Assembly (NCBI GenBank): GCA_964469605.1
Contig: CAYXZA010000001.1
Span: 71,274 to 135,273, forward strand
Length of the DNA stretch: 64,000 nt
DNA from: an uncultured Candidatus Saccharibacteria bacterium
GTDB lineage: Bacteria; Patescibacteriota; Minisyncoccia; Phycocordibacterales; DATDWN01
Direction of reading: 5' to 3'
The notes beneath the pieces are model-generated. The model did no database searches. It was given only the letters and a program-made list of their open reading frames with translations, and was not told the DNA's origin. Below are positions 1 through 9,544 of the stretch, piece by piece (within the stretch, counting starts at the first letter, position 1; each line of letters opens with the position of its first letter). The translations under genes were made by a program, and so were the position numbers.

Positions 1-582
1 AAAACCTACAGAGAATATTTGGAAAATATGGGTCAAAGTGATGGTGGTTTATTTGAAAGTTCTCGTGCTAAAACCGATGTCAAAGAACTACTTGAACTAA
101 TAAAGATTATTCGAGAAGAAAGACCAGGTGTGGATTTTAAAAATTTTATTCCAGTAGCATCTTGTGACAACATTGAAGGATGGGCATTAACTAAAAAAAA
201 TGATCGGTGGCAAGTTGTTACAATTGACAATAATTTACCCGGGGATTATGTAGCAAATAGTTTTCCTGATTTGGTTTTTTATACTGCATTTAGTGAAAAA
301 GTTCATTTAGCATTACATCAAATACACTTTAAAGTTCCTAACAAAAAAATAAATTTAAGTGATATTAAAGAACAAACATCTTCTTTTGGTTTTATAGCTG
401 AATCATTTTGTGACGACATTTCATATTTTGGTGTAAAAAACAATAATATTTTACTTATGATACACACAGGAATAGCTATTGGTTTTGATGGTTTTATTGC
501 ATCTAATAATCTTGATGTTATAAAACAAGAAGCTGATAAGTTAATAGCGGTTTTTGAAGGGGTTATTTTATATGTTAGATAA
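1..582 (+). CDS. SMI1/KNR4 (SUKH)-like protein, 5' end outside window
   Basis: Frame is open from base 1 (KTYREYLENMG...). YREYL..MG, FIPVA and YVANSFPDLV resemble SUKH motifs. Confidence 0.5.
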   Translation, partial: KTYREYLENMGQSDGGLFESSRAKTDVKELLELIKIIREERPGVDFKNFIPVASCDNIEGWALTKKNDRWQVVTIDNNLPGDYVANSFPDLVFYTAFSEKVHLALHQIHFKVPNKKINLSDIKEQTSSFGFIAESFCDDISYFGVKNNNILLMIHTGIAIGFDGFIASNNLDVIKQEADKLIAVFEGVILYVR

Positions 583-611
583 TAATATAACATTATCTCA
601 TTTTATTAAAA

Positions 612-2591
612 TTACGAATCAAAAACTCTTATCCATTTACCTATCCATTTATTTACATAAATTAGCCCGACTCCAAAATTATTTTTTATTTTCAAATAAT
701 CATCTTTAATTTTATTAAAATCTTCATTTTTAATAAATGGATTATTTTTATGTCGAAATTCAGAGATCATTTTAACTCCATTATCAGAAAATTGACCATT
801 ATTTGAAAGATAAAAATAGTCATTATTTATTTTTATATTGTTCATGATAGATTCTTTTTTATTTACAAATAAATCAGAATCAATGGAGACATTGTATAAA
901 ATAGGATAAGATGCAAAATTTGGACAAGGAAAATCACCTATATTATAGTTTTTGATCTTGTCTAAGTTTAATGTATACCAGCAACGTAAAGCTTTGTCAC
1001 CTTTTACTATTTCATAAGGATTTTTTAACTTTGCTTCATATTTAGTAATAAATTCATTATTTTTTTTATCATCTAATTCAACTTCATAAATAAAATCAGA
1101 CAAAACATCCTCAACTTTTCTTTTTACATGATACGAGAAATAATCTAAAACTCTAATATTTTGATCAATTAAATTATCTTCTTTACTTAAATTTTGGAAA
1201 TTTTCTCTCATAATATCAGCTGATGTCATTTTAAATATTTCTCTTATTTTTATAACACCTTCTTCTTTTTGAACTTTTATATCAATATTTCTTTCTATAT
1301 AATTTACATCAGCAAATTCTTTTAATTTTTTAGTTAAAAAACCTCCTAAATGTATAGGTAAATAATTAGTAAAAAGTTCTTCGCTTCTTTTTTCCAAAGT
1401 ACCATAACGATTTTTCACGGTTGGATCCACAAAATACTCTTGATTGTTAAAATTAATTTTAACAATAGCATGGTTGAAAATAAAAGGAGATGGTATATAA
1501 TTTGGCAAATGATAATCTGCACCATAATTAACTAAAATAACTTCAGAATGAACATCTATAACCTTCAATAGATGCACCAATAAAAAAGATTTTGCTTTAC
1601 AGTCTCCAGATTTAGACTCCAAAGTTTTTGATGGTAATTCTGGAATATAATTATGCATAAAATCAGCATCATATAGATAGATGATTTGGTTTTGAATATA
1701 CTCAATTACAGATCGTATTTTATCTTCAATCGGAAGACTGCTATTAAGTTCAAGAATTTCACATATTTTATGATCTTTTAAATCTAAAAGTTTTGGATTA
1801 ATATCATACATATCAAAAATTGATTTTACTATATCATCCCACGAAGCACTTGTAGCTATCTCTATATATGGATTATACATATTTGGAATAGATTTTGTTT
1901 GAAAATTTAACTTTTCAAATTTAAAAACCTCTCCTGTTTTAATAACAGTAGACTCATCATCTATTTTTTCACCAGATTCATTTATAAAGCATTTTTTTAT
2001 TATCTTTATATCCGTCTTTCTATTTTGAATCACAGTAAAATTGTATTCTTTATAAAACCAAAAACTACTTGGCATTGAATGTAAATATCTAAAATATTTT
2101 TTATCTAAAATATTTTTTTTATCAAAATCATTAAACACCGTTGATTCATAAATAAAAACATCCCCTAATCGTAAATCATTTATAATAATATTTACTTTTT
2201 TATTATTTGAAATTGAACCATTTATTGAATTCAACTCATCATCAATAACCCTGACAGTTAAATCTTTTATTTTATCTACAACAACTCCATCTCTAACCAC
2301 CAAAACCTTATTTATCTCTAAATATTCATTGGCACTTAAAAAATCTTCCGATACCGATGCTGATTGTAAAAAATCTGGTGTATTTAATGCCCACATTCTA
2401 AATAAATTCATCTGACTACTTTTGTCGGATGTGTTTATTGTGTTTCTGTAAAGATAACAAAAAGCCTTATCAACACCTTTTTCTTTAAAAACACTTTCCC
2501 CTTCAGAAACTATCTTTAAAATTTTTTCTTTAGAAATATCATCTACCCAATCAGGACTAGGTTTGATAAAATATCTTTTTTCACTTTCCAT
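612..2591 (-). CDS. DUF3857 + transglutaminase-like domain protein
   Basis: GDCKAKS, FNHAI, YFVDPT (Cys-His-Asp triad motifs); DLRLGDVFIYE in the N-terminal domain. Confidence 0.8.
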   Translation of the reverse strand: MESEKRYFIKPSPDWVDDISKEKILKIVSEGESVFKEKGVDKAFCYLYRNTINTSDKSSQMNLFRMWALNTPDFLQSASVSEDFLSANEYLEINKVLVVRDGVVVDKIKDLTVRVIDDELNSINGSISNNKKVNIIINDLRLGDVFIYESTVFNDFDKKNILDKKYFRYLHSMPSSFWFYKEYNFTVIQNRKTDIKIIKKCFINESGEKIDDESTVIKTGEVFKFEKLNFQTKSIPNMYNPYIEIATSASWDDIVKSIFDMYDINPKLLDLKDHKICEILELNSSLPIEDKIRSVIEYIQNQIIYLYDADFMHNYIPELPSKTLESKSGDCKAKSFLLVHLLKVIDVHSEVILVNYGADYHLPNYIPSPFIFNHAIVKINFNNQEYFVDPTVKNRYGTLEKRSEELFTNYLPIHLGGFLTKKLKEFADVNYIERNIDIKVQKEEGVIKIREIFKMTSADIMRENFQNLSKEDNLIDQNIRVLDYFSYHVKRKVEDVLSDFIYEVELDDKKNNEFITKYEAKLKNPYEIVKGDKALRCWYTLNLDKIKNYNIGDFPCPNFASYPILYNVSIDSDLFVNKKESIMNNIKINNDYFYLSNNGQFSDNGVKMISEFRHKNNPFIKNEDFNKIKDDYLKIKNNFGVGLIYVNKWIGKWIRVFDS

Positions 2592-2687
2592 ATAAATAAA
2601 AATTAAAATTTAATGTGTTCCAAAACAAAAATACTTAATACTTATTTTACCATAGACTCTTTGATTTAAAAAAGTTAAAATAAATCT

Positions 2688-3152
2688 ATGAGCACAAAAA
2701 AAGAACTAGTTTGGACAGCACCTTTGTATATGTTTATACCGAAAACAACAGATTGGTATTGGATAGTTGGAATCATATCAGCAACAATCGCAATAGTCTC
2801 AACAATGCTAGGAAACATCACCTTCTCTATACTTATAATAATAGGTGTAATTGTTACCTTTTTAAATGCACATAAAGAACCTAAAACTGTAACCATAACA
2901 ATAAACTCCAAAGGAATAAAAATAGATGACAAGATATATTTTTTTGATGAACTAGAATCATTTTGGGTTGAAAATAACAATCTCTACCCTAGAATCATCT
3001 TTAAACAAAATAGAATAATATTCCCTTTTATGAAAGTTCTAATACACTCAGAGGATGCTGATGAAGCAAGAGAGTTTTTACGAGAATATTTACCAGAAGA
3101 GTATATGAATGAAAATATAATTGAAAAAATATTTATATATTTTGGTTTTTAA
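2688..3152 (+). CDS. Two-TM membrane protein with PH-like C-terminus, CPR-type hypothetical
   Basis: KTTDWYW, two hydrophobic helices, GIKIDDKIYFFDELESFWV. Confidence 0.65.
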   Translation: MSTKKELVWTAPLYMFIPKTTDWYWIVGIISATIAIVSTMLGNITFSILIIIGVIVTFLNAHKEPKTVTITINSKGIKIDDKIYFFDELESFWVENNNLYPRIIFKQNRIIFPFMKVLIHSEDADEAREFLREYLPEEYMNENIIEKIFIYFGF

Positions 3153-3178
3153 GTATAAATATGCTAGTTTGTAAATAT

Positions 3179-3253
3179 GTCCTCGTAGTTTAATGGATAG
3201 AACACGAGTTTGCGGAACTCGTGATTGAGGTTCGATTCCTCACGAGGGCACCA
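3179..3253 (+). tRNA. tRNA-Arg(GCG), CCA encoded
   Basis: Acceptor GTCCTCG/CGAGGGC; anticodon arm CGAGT-TTGCGGA-ACTCG; T arm TGAGG-TTCGATT-CCTCA. Confidence 0.95.
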
Positions 3254-3307
3254 AGAATTTTACTAATCTGTTTTTTGTCTATATTAAAAACTACAACACT
3301 GAAAAAA

Positions 3308-4327
3308 CTATTTAGATGAGATATATTTTTTATTTAGATTGTATGCCATATATCCAATACCAATAATCAGGAACCCTACAATAATAAGTGCAATTGGCCA
3401 CCCAATTGAATCAACAAAATATTTTGATGTAATTTTTACCATATGAGCCATTAAGAACAAAGCACCAAAAGTTAGCATTGACTGACTTTTTAAATACACA
3501 CTTCCGTAAAAAGCAGCAAAAATGAAAGCAATGAAAATAAGATCAAAAAATCCTCCAATAAATATACCAGAACCCAAAACAATCAATGTTCCTAATCCAA
3601 ACAGTGCATTCCTTACTGCTTTCTTCTCTTTTTCATCAGAAGCATCAATGGCTACTGATACTAATTGATAACCACGAGCAATTAATATGTAAGAAAAACC
3701 TAAAAGCATTGCTGCCCATTTAATTATATTTGAACTATAATAATCAAGAGTAAAAACTTTTATCACCAACAAATAGTAAGCCCACGAAGCAAAACCTATC
3801 GTAATTAAAACAAGGATATTCTTTTTACTTACTAAAAGTGCATAACCAAAAATAACAGATAACACTAGTGCTGTGTAAAATGTATAAGGCCATGTAAATG
3901 ATATATTTGCCTCACTTATAATAACATCCACACTTAACGGAGCAAGTACACATGAAATAGTAAACATTACTTGAGAAATTACTCTCTGATGAGGTTTGTT
4001 GAGGAAAAAAGCACCGATGAAAGTTATCAAAGAAATTCCTAAAGTAACTAAGACACGACCCATAAATCCAATTTCAATCCAGTTTTGAACAACAAGTATT
4101 GCAACACCACCAAGTATAATAATTGCACCAATACCATAAAATGTATTAATAATATTTTTTGATGATTCTTCTTTATGCGAAATATCTACTGTGTTTGAAT
4201 TAAAAACCGGAGATGTATTGACCGATGGTGTAACTACATTATTAGCCAACGACAGCAAATCTTCTTTTGAAATCTTACCTGTGGCTATTTGCCCCTCTAT
4301 AAAATTAACAATTTGTTGTTTATCCAT
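3308..4327 (-). CDS. DUF2157-like multi-pass membrane protein
   Basis: About 10 hydrophobic helices; FYGIGAIIILGGVAILVVQNW. Confidence 0.7.
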   Translation of the reverse strand: MDKQQIVNFIEGQIATGKISKEDLLSLANNVVTPSVNTSPVFNSNTVDISHKEESSKNIINTFYGIGAIIILGGVAILVVQNWIEIGFMGRVLVTLGISLITFIGAFFLNKPHQRVISQVMFTISCVLAPLSVDVIISEANISFTWPYTFYTALVLSVIFGYALLVSKKNILVLITIGFASWAYYLLVIKVFTLDYYSSNIIKWAAMLLGFSYILIARGYQLVSVAIDASDEKEKKAVRNALFGLGTLIVLGSGIFIGGFFDLIFIAFIFAAFYGSVYLKSQSMLTFGALFLMAHMVKITSKYFVDSIGWPIALIIVGFLIIGIGYMAYNLNKKYISSK

Positions 4328-4332
4328 AAAAT

Positions 4333-4866
4333 TTATTTTATCCAGCCTATAAATTTAAAGTTACCTACATTATAATAATTGTAAATACTAAAATTGATTC
4401 CATTTAATTTTTTTGAACGATTACCTTTTGATATAACATATCCATCTTGATTGTTACCAGAACTAAACAATTCAAATATACCAATATTACTATATTGATA
4501 TCTTACAACATACCCATCAGGAGAAGAAGGTCCTGGATCAATGTTCAAATTTTTTATCTCATTCCAATCAACTTGATGCGATGAATTATTTTTTACATCA
4601 TATAAATACAAAGGAGGATTTTCAATATTATACACAACTCCTGTAGTTGTTGGAAGCGGACTCAATAAAAGATGATTATTTTCTACAACATAGGTATTTG
4701 AATAACCATTTTTATAGTCATAATAAGTGTCATTATTTGAATATAAAAAATTATATTGAGGTTTTATGAATAAAGATGGTGTAAAAACTATTATTGAAAT
4801 TACTAAAATAAAAACAATAGGTAAAGAAATCCCAATCAACAGAGGAATATTTTTTGTTATTTTCAT
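4333..4866 (-). CDS. Membrane-anchored hypothetical protein
   Basis: N-terminal TM, PQYNFLY, SSPDGY, C-terminal FIGWIK; 5 bp from the downstream gene. Confidence 0.7.
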   Translation of the reverse strand: MKITKNIPLLIGISLPIVFILVISIIVFTPSLFIKPQYNFLYSNNDTYYDYKNGYSNTYVVENNHLLLSPLPTTTGVVYNIENPPLYLYDVKNNSSHQVDWNEIKNLNIDPGPSSPDGYVVRYQYSNIGIFELFSSGNNQDGYVISKGNRSKKLNGINFSIYNYYNVGNFKFIGWIK

Positions 4867-4917
4867 ATAAATTCATTATAGCATAAAAAAATTAATTTGA
4901 TATGCTATACTATAAAA

Positions 4918-5355
4918 ATGAGAAAACAAATTTTTTTTAAATTTTTTGATAAGTTGGAAGATGTTATAAGAGGAAGATTAAGCAAGATACCTATATTTTA
5001 TGCATTTTTAGGAGGAGCATCTGTTGTTTTGTTTTGGAGAGGTATTTGGCACACAGCAGATATGATAGTCCCCTACTTTTTCAGAAATTCAACACCTGAG
5101 ACTATGCAACTGGCTTTAAAATTAGATGCACCTGTAACAATACTTGTAGCATCTATTATGCTTTTACTAACAGGACTTGTTGTAAGTAGTTTTATAGGAA
5201 CAAATATAATTATCTCTGGTATAAAAAACGAGAAAAAACTGGAAGAAAAAGAAGCTGAAGAAATAGAAACTGAAGATTATATACTACACAGATTATCAAA
5301 CGAGATTAAAGAGATAAAATCAGACCTAGAAATTATAAAAACAAAAATCAAATAA
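4918..5355 (+). CDS. Conserved membrane protein (hypothetical)
   Basis: VVLFWRGIWHTAD motif, two TMs, coiled C-terminus; ATG at 4918 preferred. Confidence 0.7.
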   Translation: MRKQIFFKFFDKLEDVIRGRLSKIPIFYAFLGGASVVLFWRGIWHTADMIVPYFFRNSTPETMQLALKLDAPVTILVASIMLLLTGLVVSSFIGTNIIISGIKNEKKLEEKEAEEIETEDYILHRLSNEIKEIKSDLEIIKTKIK

Positions 5356-5410
5356 AAGCAAACATCTCGTCCAATCCTAGCAGTAAATTTGCCAGGTATT
5401 TCTGGAATAA
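5352..5410 (-). repeat. 59-bp intergenic repeat, copy 1
   Basis: Reverse complement matches 62484-62542 at 51/59 positions without gaps. Confidence 0.85.
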
Positions 5411-5439
5411 CAAAAAACCGCATTAAGCGGTTTTTTGTT
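5409..5439. terminator. Bidirectional intrinsic terminator at the rpsT 3' end
   Basis: AACAAAAAACCGC-ATTAA-GCGGTTTTTTGTT between convergent genes. Confidence 0.75.
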
Positions 5440-5698
5440 TAGCTCTTTTAATTAAAGCTGAGATTCTAGATTTCTTTCTAGAAGCTGTATTTGTTTTAAT
5501 AAATTTTGTCTTTGATGCTTTGTCAATAGCTTTTTGAACTATTGGGAACATTTTTTCAGCTCCAGAAATATCACCAGAAGTGATTAATTTTTTAATTTGT
5601 TTTACAGACTTCAAAACAGCATCTTTTCTTTTAAGATTAAATACTCTTTTTTTCTTTGAAGCCCTCAATGCTTTTTTAGCAGATTTGATAATTGGCAT
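5423..5698 (-). CDS. rpsT: 30S ribosomal protein S20
   Basis: MPIIKSAKKALR...IDKA...NTASRKKSRI. Confidence 0.95.
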   Translation of the reverse strand: MPIIKSAKKALRASKKKRVFNLKRKDAVLKSVKQIKKLITSGDISGAEKMFPIVQKAIDKASKTKFIKTNTASRKKSRISALIKRAKQKTA

Positions 5699-5772
5699 AG
5701 AAACCAATCTACACTATTTTAGACAAAAAAGCAATAGTATAGCCAGAAGGTCAAAGAGTATAATAAATAAAT

Positions 5773-6321
5773 ATGATTGGTTATATAACAGGTCAAATAA
5801 TAGACATAAATGAAAAAAATATAATTATATTGGCTGGAAATGTTGGTTATAAAATCCAGACAAATTCATATTTTCAAAAAGATCAAAAAATTTCCCTTTT
5901 TACATATATGTCAGTTAGAGAAAATTCAATGGATTTATATGGATTTGAAGAAAAATCTGATTTGAATTTTTTTGAATTATTACTAACAATATCTGGAATA
6001 GGTCCAAAATCAGCAATGTCCATAACATCAAATTCAAAACCTAGATTTATTGCAGAGGCTATAAAAAAAGAGGATCTTAATTATTTAACAAAGATAGCTG
6101 GTATTAGTAAAAAAAACGCTGAAAAAATGATACTAGAATTAAAAAACAAAATCACATTAACAGGAGAAAAAGAAGAATCATCGGCAGTTGAAACAGATGT
6201 TTTAGATGCCCTACTTTCTCTTGGATATTCAGAAAAATCAATAAGAGAAGTTTTGAAAAAAGTTGAAGGTAAAAACACCGAAGAAAAAATTAAGTTAGCA
6301 TTAAAAGAGTTAAGTAAATAA
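5773..6321 (+). CDS. ruvA: Holliday junction branch migration protein RuvA
   Basis: MIGYITG, VGY, LYGF, ISGIGPKSA, DALLSLGY. Confidence 0.95.
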   Translation: MIGYITGQIIDINEKNIIILAGNVGYKIQTNSYFQKDQKISLFTYMSVRENSMDLYGFEEKSDLNFFELLLTISGIGPKSAMSITSNSKPRFIAEAIKKEDLNYLTKIAGISKKNAEKMILELKNKITLTGEKEESSAVETDVLDALLSLGYSEKSIREVLKKVEGKNTEEKIKLALKELSK

Positions 6322-6322
6322 T

Positions 6323-7222
6323 ATGCCAGAACTACCAGAAGTATACACAACAACAAAAGGTTTAAATGAAAAAACAAAAGGATTAACTATTTTAGATGTT
6401 TGGACTGACTATTTCAATAAAACAAGTGACAGAAAAAAAGATACTATAAAAAATAAAGGGTTTTTTCTAAAATTTAAAAAAGAGATAACTGGATCAAAAA
6501 TTTTAGACTGTCAAAGGAGAGGTAAAAACATATTGATACATCTAAACAACGAAAAAACAATCCTTATACATATGAAAATGACCGGACATCTTATGTATGG
6601 AAAATATTTTTTTGACGGAAAAAAATGGAGACCAAAAGAAGATGGGCCTCTTAAAGACCCATTCAATAGTTTTATTCATTTTTTAATACAATTTAAAAAC
6701 GGAAACTCTCTGGCTTTTTCTGATATGAGAAAATTTGCAAAAGTAACTTTATTTGAAACAAAAAACAATCACAAAGATCTAAATATTCTTGGCCCAGAAC
6801 CACTTGAAAAAAGTTTCAATTTCAAAAAACTAAAAGAGCAAATATTAAAAAAAGAAAATTGGCCTATTAAAAAAATACTAATGGATCAAAGTGTAATATC
6901 TGGTATAGGAAACATATATTCAGATGAAATACTTTGGGCATCATCAATATCCCCTTTTCGGAAACCTAAAGAAATAACTGATCTAGAATTTAAAAACATT
7001 TACAAAAATATGATAATTATATTAAACAAATCAATAAAATTAGGAGGAGACTCAATGTCAGATTATAGAAATATAAACGGAGAAAAAGGCGGTTTTCAAA
7101 ATACCCACAAAGTATACAGGAAACAAAAAACTATATGCTTAAAGAAAAATTGCGGTGGAATAATAGAAAAATCAATAATCGGTGGACGAAGCTCTCACTT
7201 TTGTAACAAACATCAAGTATAA
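6323..7222 (+). CDS. mutM: Formamidopyrimidine-DNA glycosylase
   Basis: MPELPEV, RRGK, HMKMTG, SGIGNIYSDE, C-terminal zinc finger. Confidence 0.95.
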   Translation: MPELPEVYTTTKGLNEKTKGLTILDVWTDYFNKTSDRKKDTIKNKGFFLKFKKEITGSKILDCQRRGKNILIHLNNEKTILIHMKMTGHLMYGKYFFDGKKWRPKEDGPLKDPFNSFIHFLIQFKNGNSLAFSDMRKFAKVTLFETKNNHKDLNILGPEPLEKSFNFKKLKEQILKKENWPIKKILMDQSVISGIGNIYSDEILWASSISPFRKPKEITDLEFKNIYKNMIIILNKSIKLGGDSMSDYRNINGEKGGFQNTHKVYRKQKTICLKKNCGGIIEKSIIGGRSSHFCNKHQV

Positions 7223-7231
7223 TATTTTTAT

Positions 7232-8056
7232 ATGGAAGACAAGTGGACACTAATCGGTTTTACAGCATTGATAATACTTTCTGTTATAAATGCAAAAAAT
7301 CCAGATCGTAAGATTCACGGGGTTTTTGAACTACCCGAACAAAACATAACTACTGAAAGAGAAATATCACAAGGAGTTGATACTTTAAATAAGTCAAAAA
7401 AATATTCTGAATATATGTATATAAACGGAGGTTATGGTTACGATGCAGACAGTGAATATATAGAAATACAAAACAATAGCGACAAGTATTCTGTTGATAT
7501 AACAGGTTTTACACTGGTTAGCACATCGACAAATGTATCTGTGACAATACCAAAAACTGTAAAATTATATTTTACCGGAATGGAAAATATTGAAGAAAAT
7601 GTCATTTTAGGCCCAGGAGAAAAAGCTTATGTTATAACTGGAAAATCCCCTATTGGATACGGAATGAAAATAAATAAATGTTCTGGATTTTTAACTCAAT
7701 ACAATAATTTTTCTCCATCTTTCTATACAAACTGCCCAGCACCAAGAAACGAGGATATTTCCAAAATACCAAAAACAGTCAATAATGATATTTGCTTTGA
7801 CCTTATAGACTCTTATCCATCTTGTAGAATCCAGAGCACACCACTATCAAATAACTATTCATCTGAATGTCAGGATTTTATATATAAAACAATTAACTAT
7901 CCTAGTTGTATAAATAACCATAAAAATGACTCTGATTTTTGGAGCAATAGTTGGTATGTATATTTAAAAAGAAGTGATAAATTATGGAAAGACAGAAGAG
8001 AAACAATCATACTATATGACAAATCAGGAAATGAAATTTCTAAGATAAAAAAATAA
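7232..8056 (+). CDS. Secreted protein with lamin-tail-like domain
   Basis: N-terminal hydrophobic segment, EYIEIQN..VDITGFTL, IILYDKSG, several Cys. Confidence 0.6.
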   Translation: MEDKWTLIGFTALIILSVINAKNPDRKIHGVFELPEQNITTEREISQGVDTLNKSKKYSEYMYINGGYGYDADSEYIEIQNNSDKYSVDITGFTLVSTSTNVSVTIPKTVKLYFTGMENIEENVILGPGEKAYVITGKSPIGYGMKINKCSGFLTQYNNFSPSFYTNCPAPRNEDISKIPKTVNNDICFDLIDSYPSCRIQSTPLSNNYSSECQDFIYKTINYPSCINNHKNDSDFWSNSWYVYLKRSDKLWKDRRETIILYDKSGNEISKIKK

Positions 8057-8152
8057 CCGGGCTAGCCGGTTTGACGAGAGGCGGAAGCTTGCCTTCGGTC
8101 TATGTAAGTGTGTAGGACACCCTTACTACCTCCACCAACTTCCACCTCTCTT
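8050..8152 (-). ncRNA. Candidate ~100-nt structured small RNA
   Basis: Consensus promoter upstream; stem GAGAGGUGGAAG/CUUCCGCCUCUC; inner GUAAG/CUUAC hairpin; terminator AACCGG-CUAGC-CCGGUU followed by a U-run; no ORF. Confidence 0.65.
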
Positions 8153-8158
8153 ATCTCA

Positions 8159-8187
8159 ATTATATCAAATAATAAACAAAAAGTCAA
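8159..8187 (-). promoter_or_regulatory. Sigma70 promoter for the small RNA
   Basis: TTGACT-17 bp-TATAAT with extended TG. Confidence 0.75.
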
Positions 8188-8672
8188 ATTGTAAAAACTA
8201 CTATCCCAAAAGCAGTTGATACATTTAAAGACTCTTTCTGTCCTGCCATTTCTATTTCAACAACATTGTCACTTTTGGATAAAATATCTTTTGATAGTCC
8301 CCTAACCTCATTACCTAGTATAAAAATCATTTTTTTCTCCTTTTTCAAATCCCTATAACTTATAGAGTCCTCATTTTGTTCAATAGAGTAAATTTTAAAA
8401 CCTTCTTTTTTTAATTTCTCGATAACCTTAAAAACATTTTCTTTTGACCAAGAAACTGAAAATTGGCCACCTAAAGCCGTTTTAGATATTTCTTTCCTTG
8501 GTCTACCAAACTTGTCGAGCGGTGCTGGTGTATAACCAGATATATAAATATGTTTTAATCCTCTACCATCAGATGTTCTAAAAATAGAGCCAACATTGTG
8601 AGCACTTCTTATGTTGTGCAGGACAACCCTTATATCAGATTCTTCTTTTATGATTTTTCGTTTGCTTTTCAT
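8184..8672 (-). CDS. TrmH/SpoU family RNA methyltransferase
   Basis: HNVGSIFRT, ILGNEVRGL, ESLNVSTA. Confidence 0.9.
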   Translation of the reverse strand: MKSKRKIIKEESDIRVVLHNIRSAHNVGSIFRTSDGRGLKHIYISGYTPAPLDKFGRPRKEISKTALGGQFSVSWSKENVFKVIEKLKKEGFKIYSIEQNEDSISYRDLKKEKKMIFILGNEVRGLSKDILSKSDNVVEIEMAGQKESLNVSTAFGIVVFTI

Positions 8673-8696
8673 TTGGCTATAATATACAATCTATTT

Positions 8697-9044
8697 ATGA
8701 CATTATCAATATTTCCAAATTTATTTACCTACTCTATTTTTGCAATAACACTTATTAGAATTTTTTCAGCTTTTATTTTTATTAAAATAGCATTAAGAAG
8801 AAAAAATAAAATTATCGGATGGATGTTTATTCCAGAAATCTTAATCTCACTTTTTCTTTTAGTTGGTCTCTATACTCAAATAGCAGTTATACTGATTTGG
8901 TTTTTAGTTATGTTTGAGAAATATTTTGATAAAAAAGAAGGTAAAAAAGAAACTAGCGGAGAAACACTTGCTCTTTTGGAAGTTTGTCTTATAGCCACAC
9001 TGTTTTTAGGTCCAGGAGCATTTGCTTTTGATCTGCCACTTTAA
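8697..9044 (+). CDS. DoxX-like small membrane protein
   Basis: LLVGLYTQIA and LFLGPGAFAFDLPL; ATG at 8697. Confidence 0.65.
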   Translation: MTLSIFPNLFTYSIFAITLIRIFSAFIFIKIALRRKNKIIGWMFIPEILISLFLLVGLYTQIAVILIWFLVMFEKYFDKKEGKKETSGETLALLEVCLIATLFLGPGAFAFDLPL

Positions 9045-9095
9045 AAACAAAAAATTTGAATAAATATCTTTTTTCTGATATATTTTTCTAGTATT

Positions 9096-9168
9096 GCCCT
9101 TGTAGCTCAGTCGGTAGAGCAGCTCCCTTTTAAGGAGATGGTCGCAGGTTCGATTCCTGCCAGGGGCA
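9096..9168 (+). tRNA. tRNA-Lys(TTT)
   Basis: Acceptor GCCCTTG/CAGGGGC; anticodon loop CTTTTAA; T arm GCAGG-TTCGATT-CCTGC; no encoded CCA. Confidence 0.95.
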
Positions 9169-9532
9169 CAAAATTTTCGAAGTAAATTTTGTGCAACTGA
9201 GCAAAGCATAGCTTTGCGAGCAGGAATCGAAGGAATATGCGGTTTACAAAGTCAGCAGACTTTGTCGCAGATTCCAGTTTTATTTTTTATTAAGTGACGA
9301 CGAAATAAAAAATAAAAAGATTCCTGCCAGGGGCACAGAAAACGAAGTTTTATGTGACACTGGAGAAAAGTGATGTTATCACTTTTCGTCAGGAATCGAA
9401 CAGATTTCCGGTTGACGAAGTCAGCAGACTTTGTCGGAAATCTGGTGCCTAGAAAATTTTAGTTTGACGAAACTAAAATTTTCGAGGGAGATTCCTGCCA
9501 GGGGCACAAAATCTTCAAAGTAAATTTTGTCC
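9152..9532 (+). repeat. tRNA-Lys-linked tandem array of structured ~170-bp units
   Basis: GATTCCTGCCAGGGGCACA at 9152, 9319 and 9490; both intervening units share hairpin order, CAGGAATCGAA and AAGTCAGCAGACTTTGTCG. Confidence 0.9.
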
Positions 9533-9544
9533 AATTAAAAAACC

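Noticed and set aside
3254-4900. Island integrated at tRNA-Arg(GCG)
   Set aside because: No duplicated tRNA 3' end, integrase or clear composition shift was found.
9006-9209. 67-aa ORF, and similarly the ORFs at 62435-62795
   Set aside because: These are translations running across tRNA genes.
9152-9532. CRISPR array
   Set aside because: The repeat is a tRNA 3' end, the spacers are ~150 bp and related to each other, and there are no cas genes in the window.
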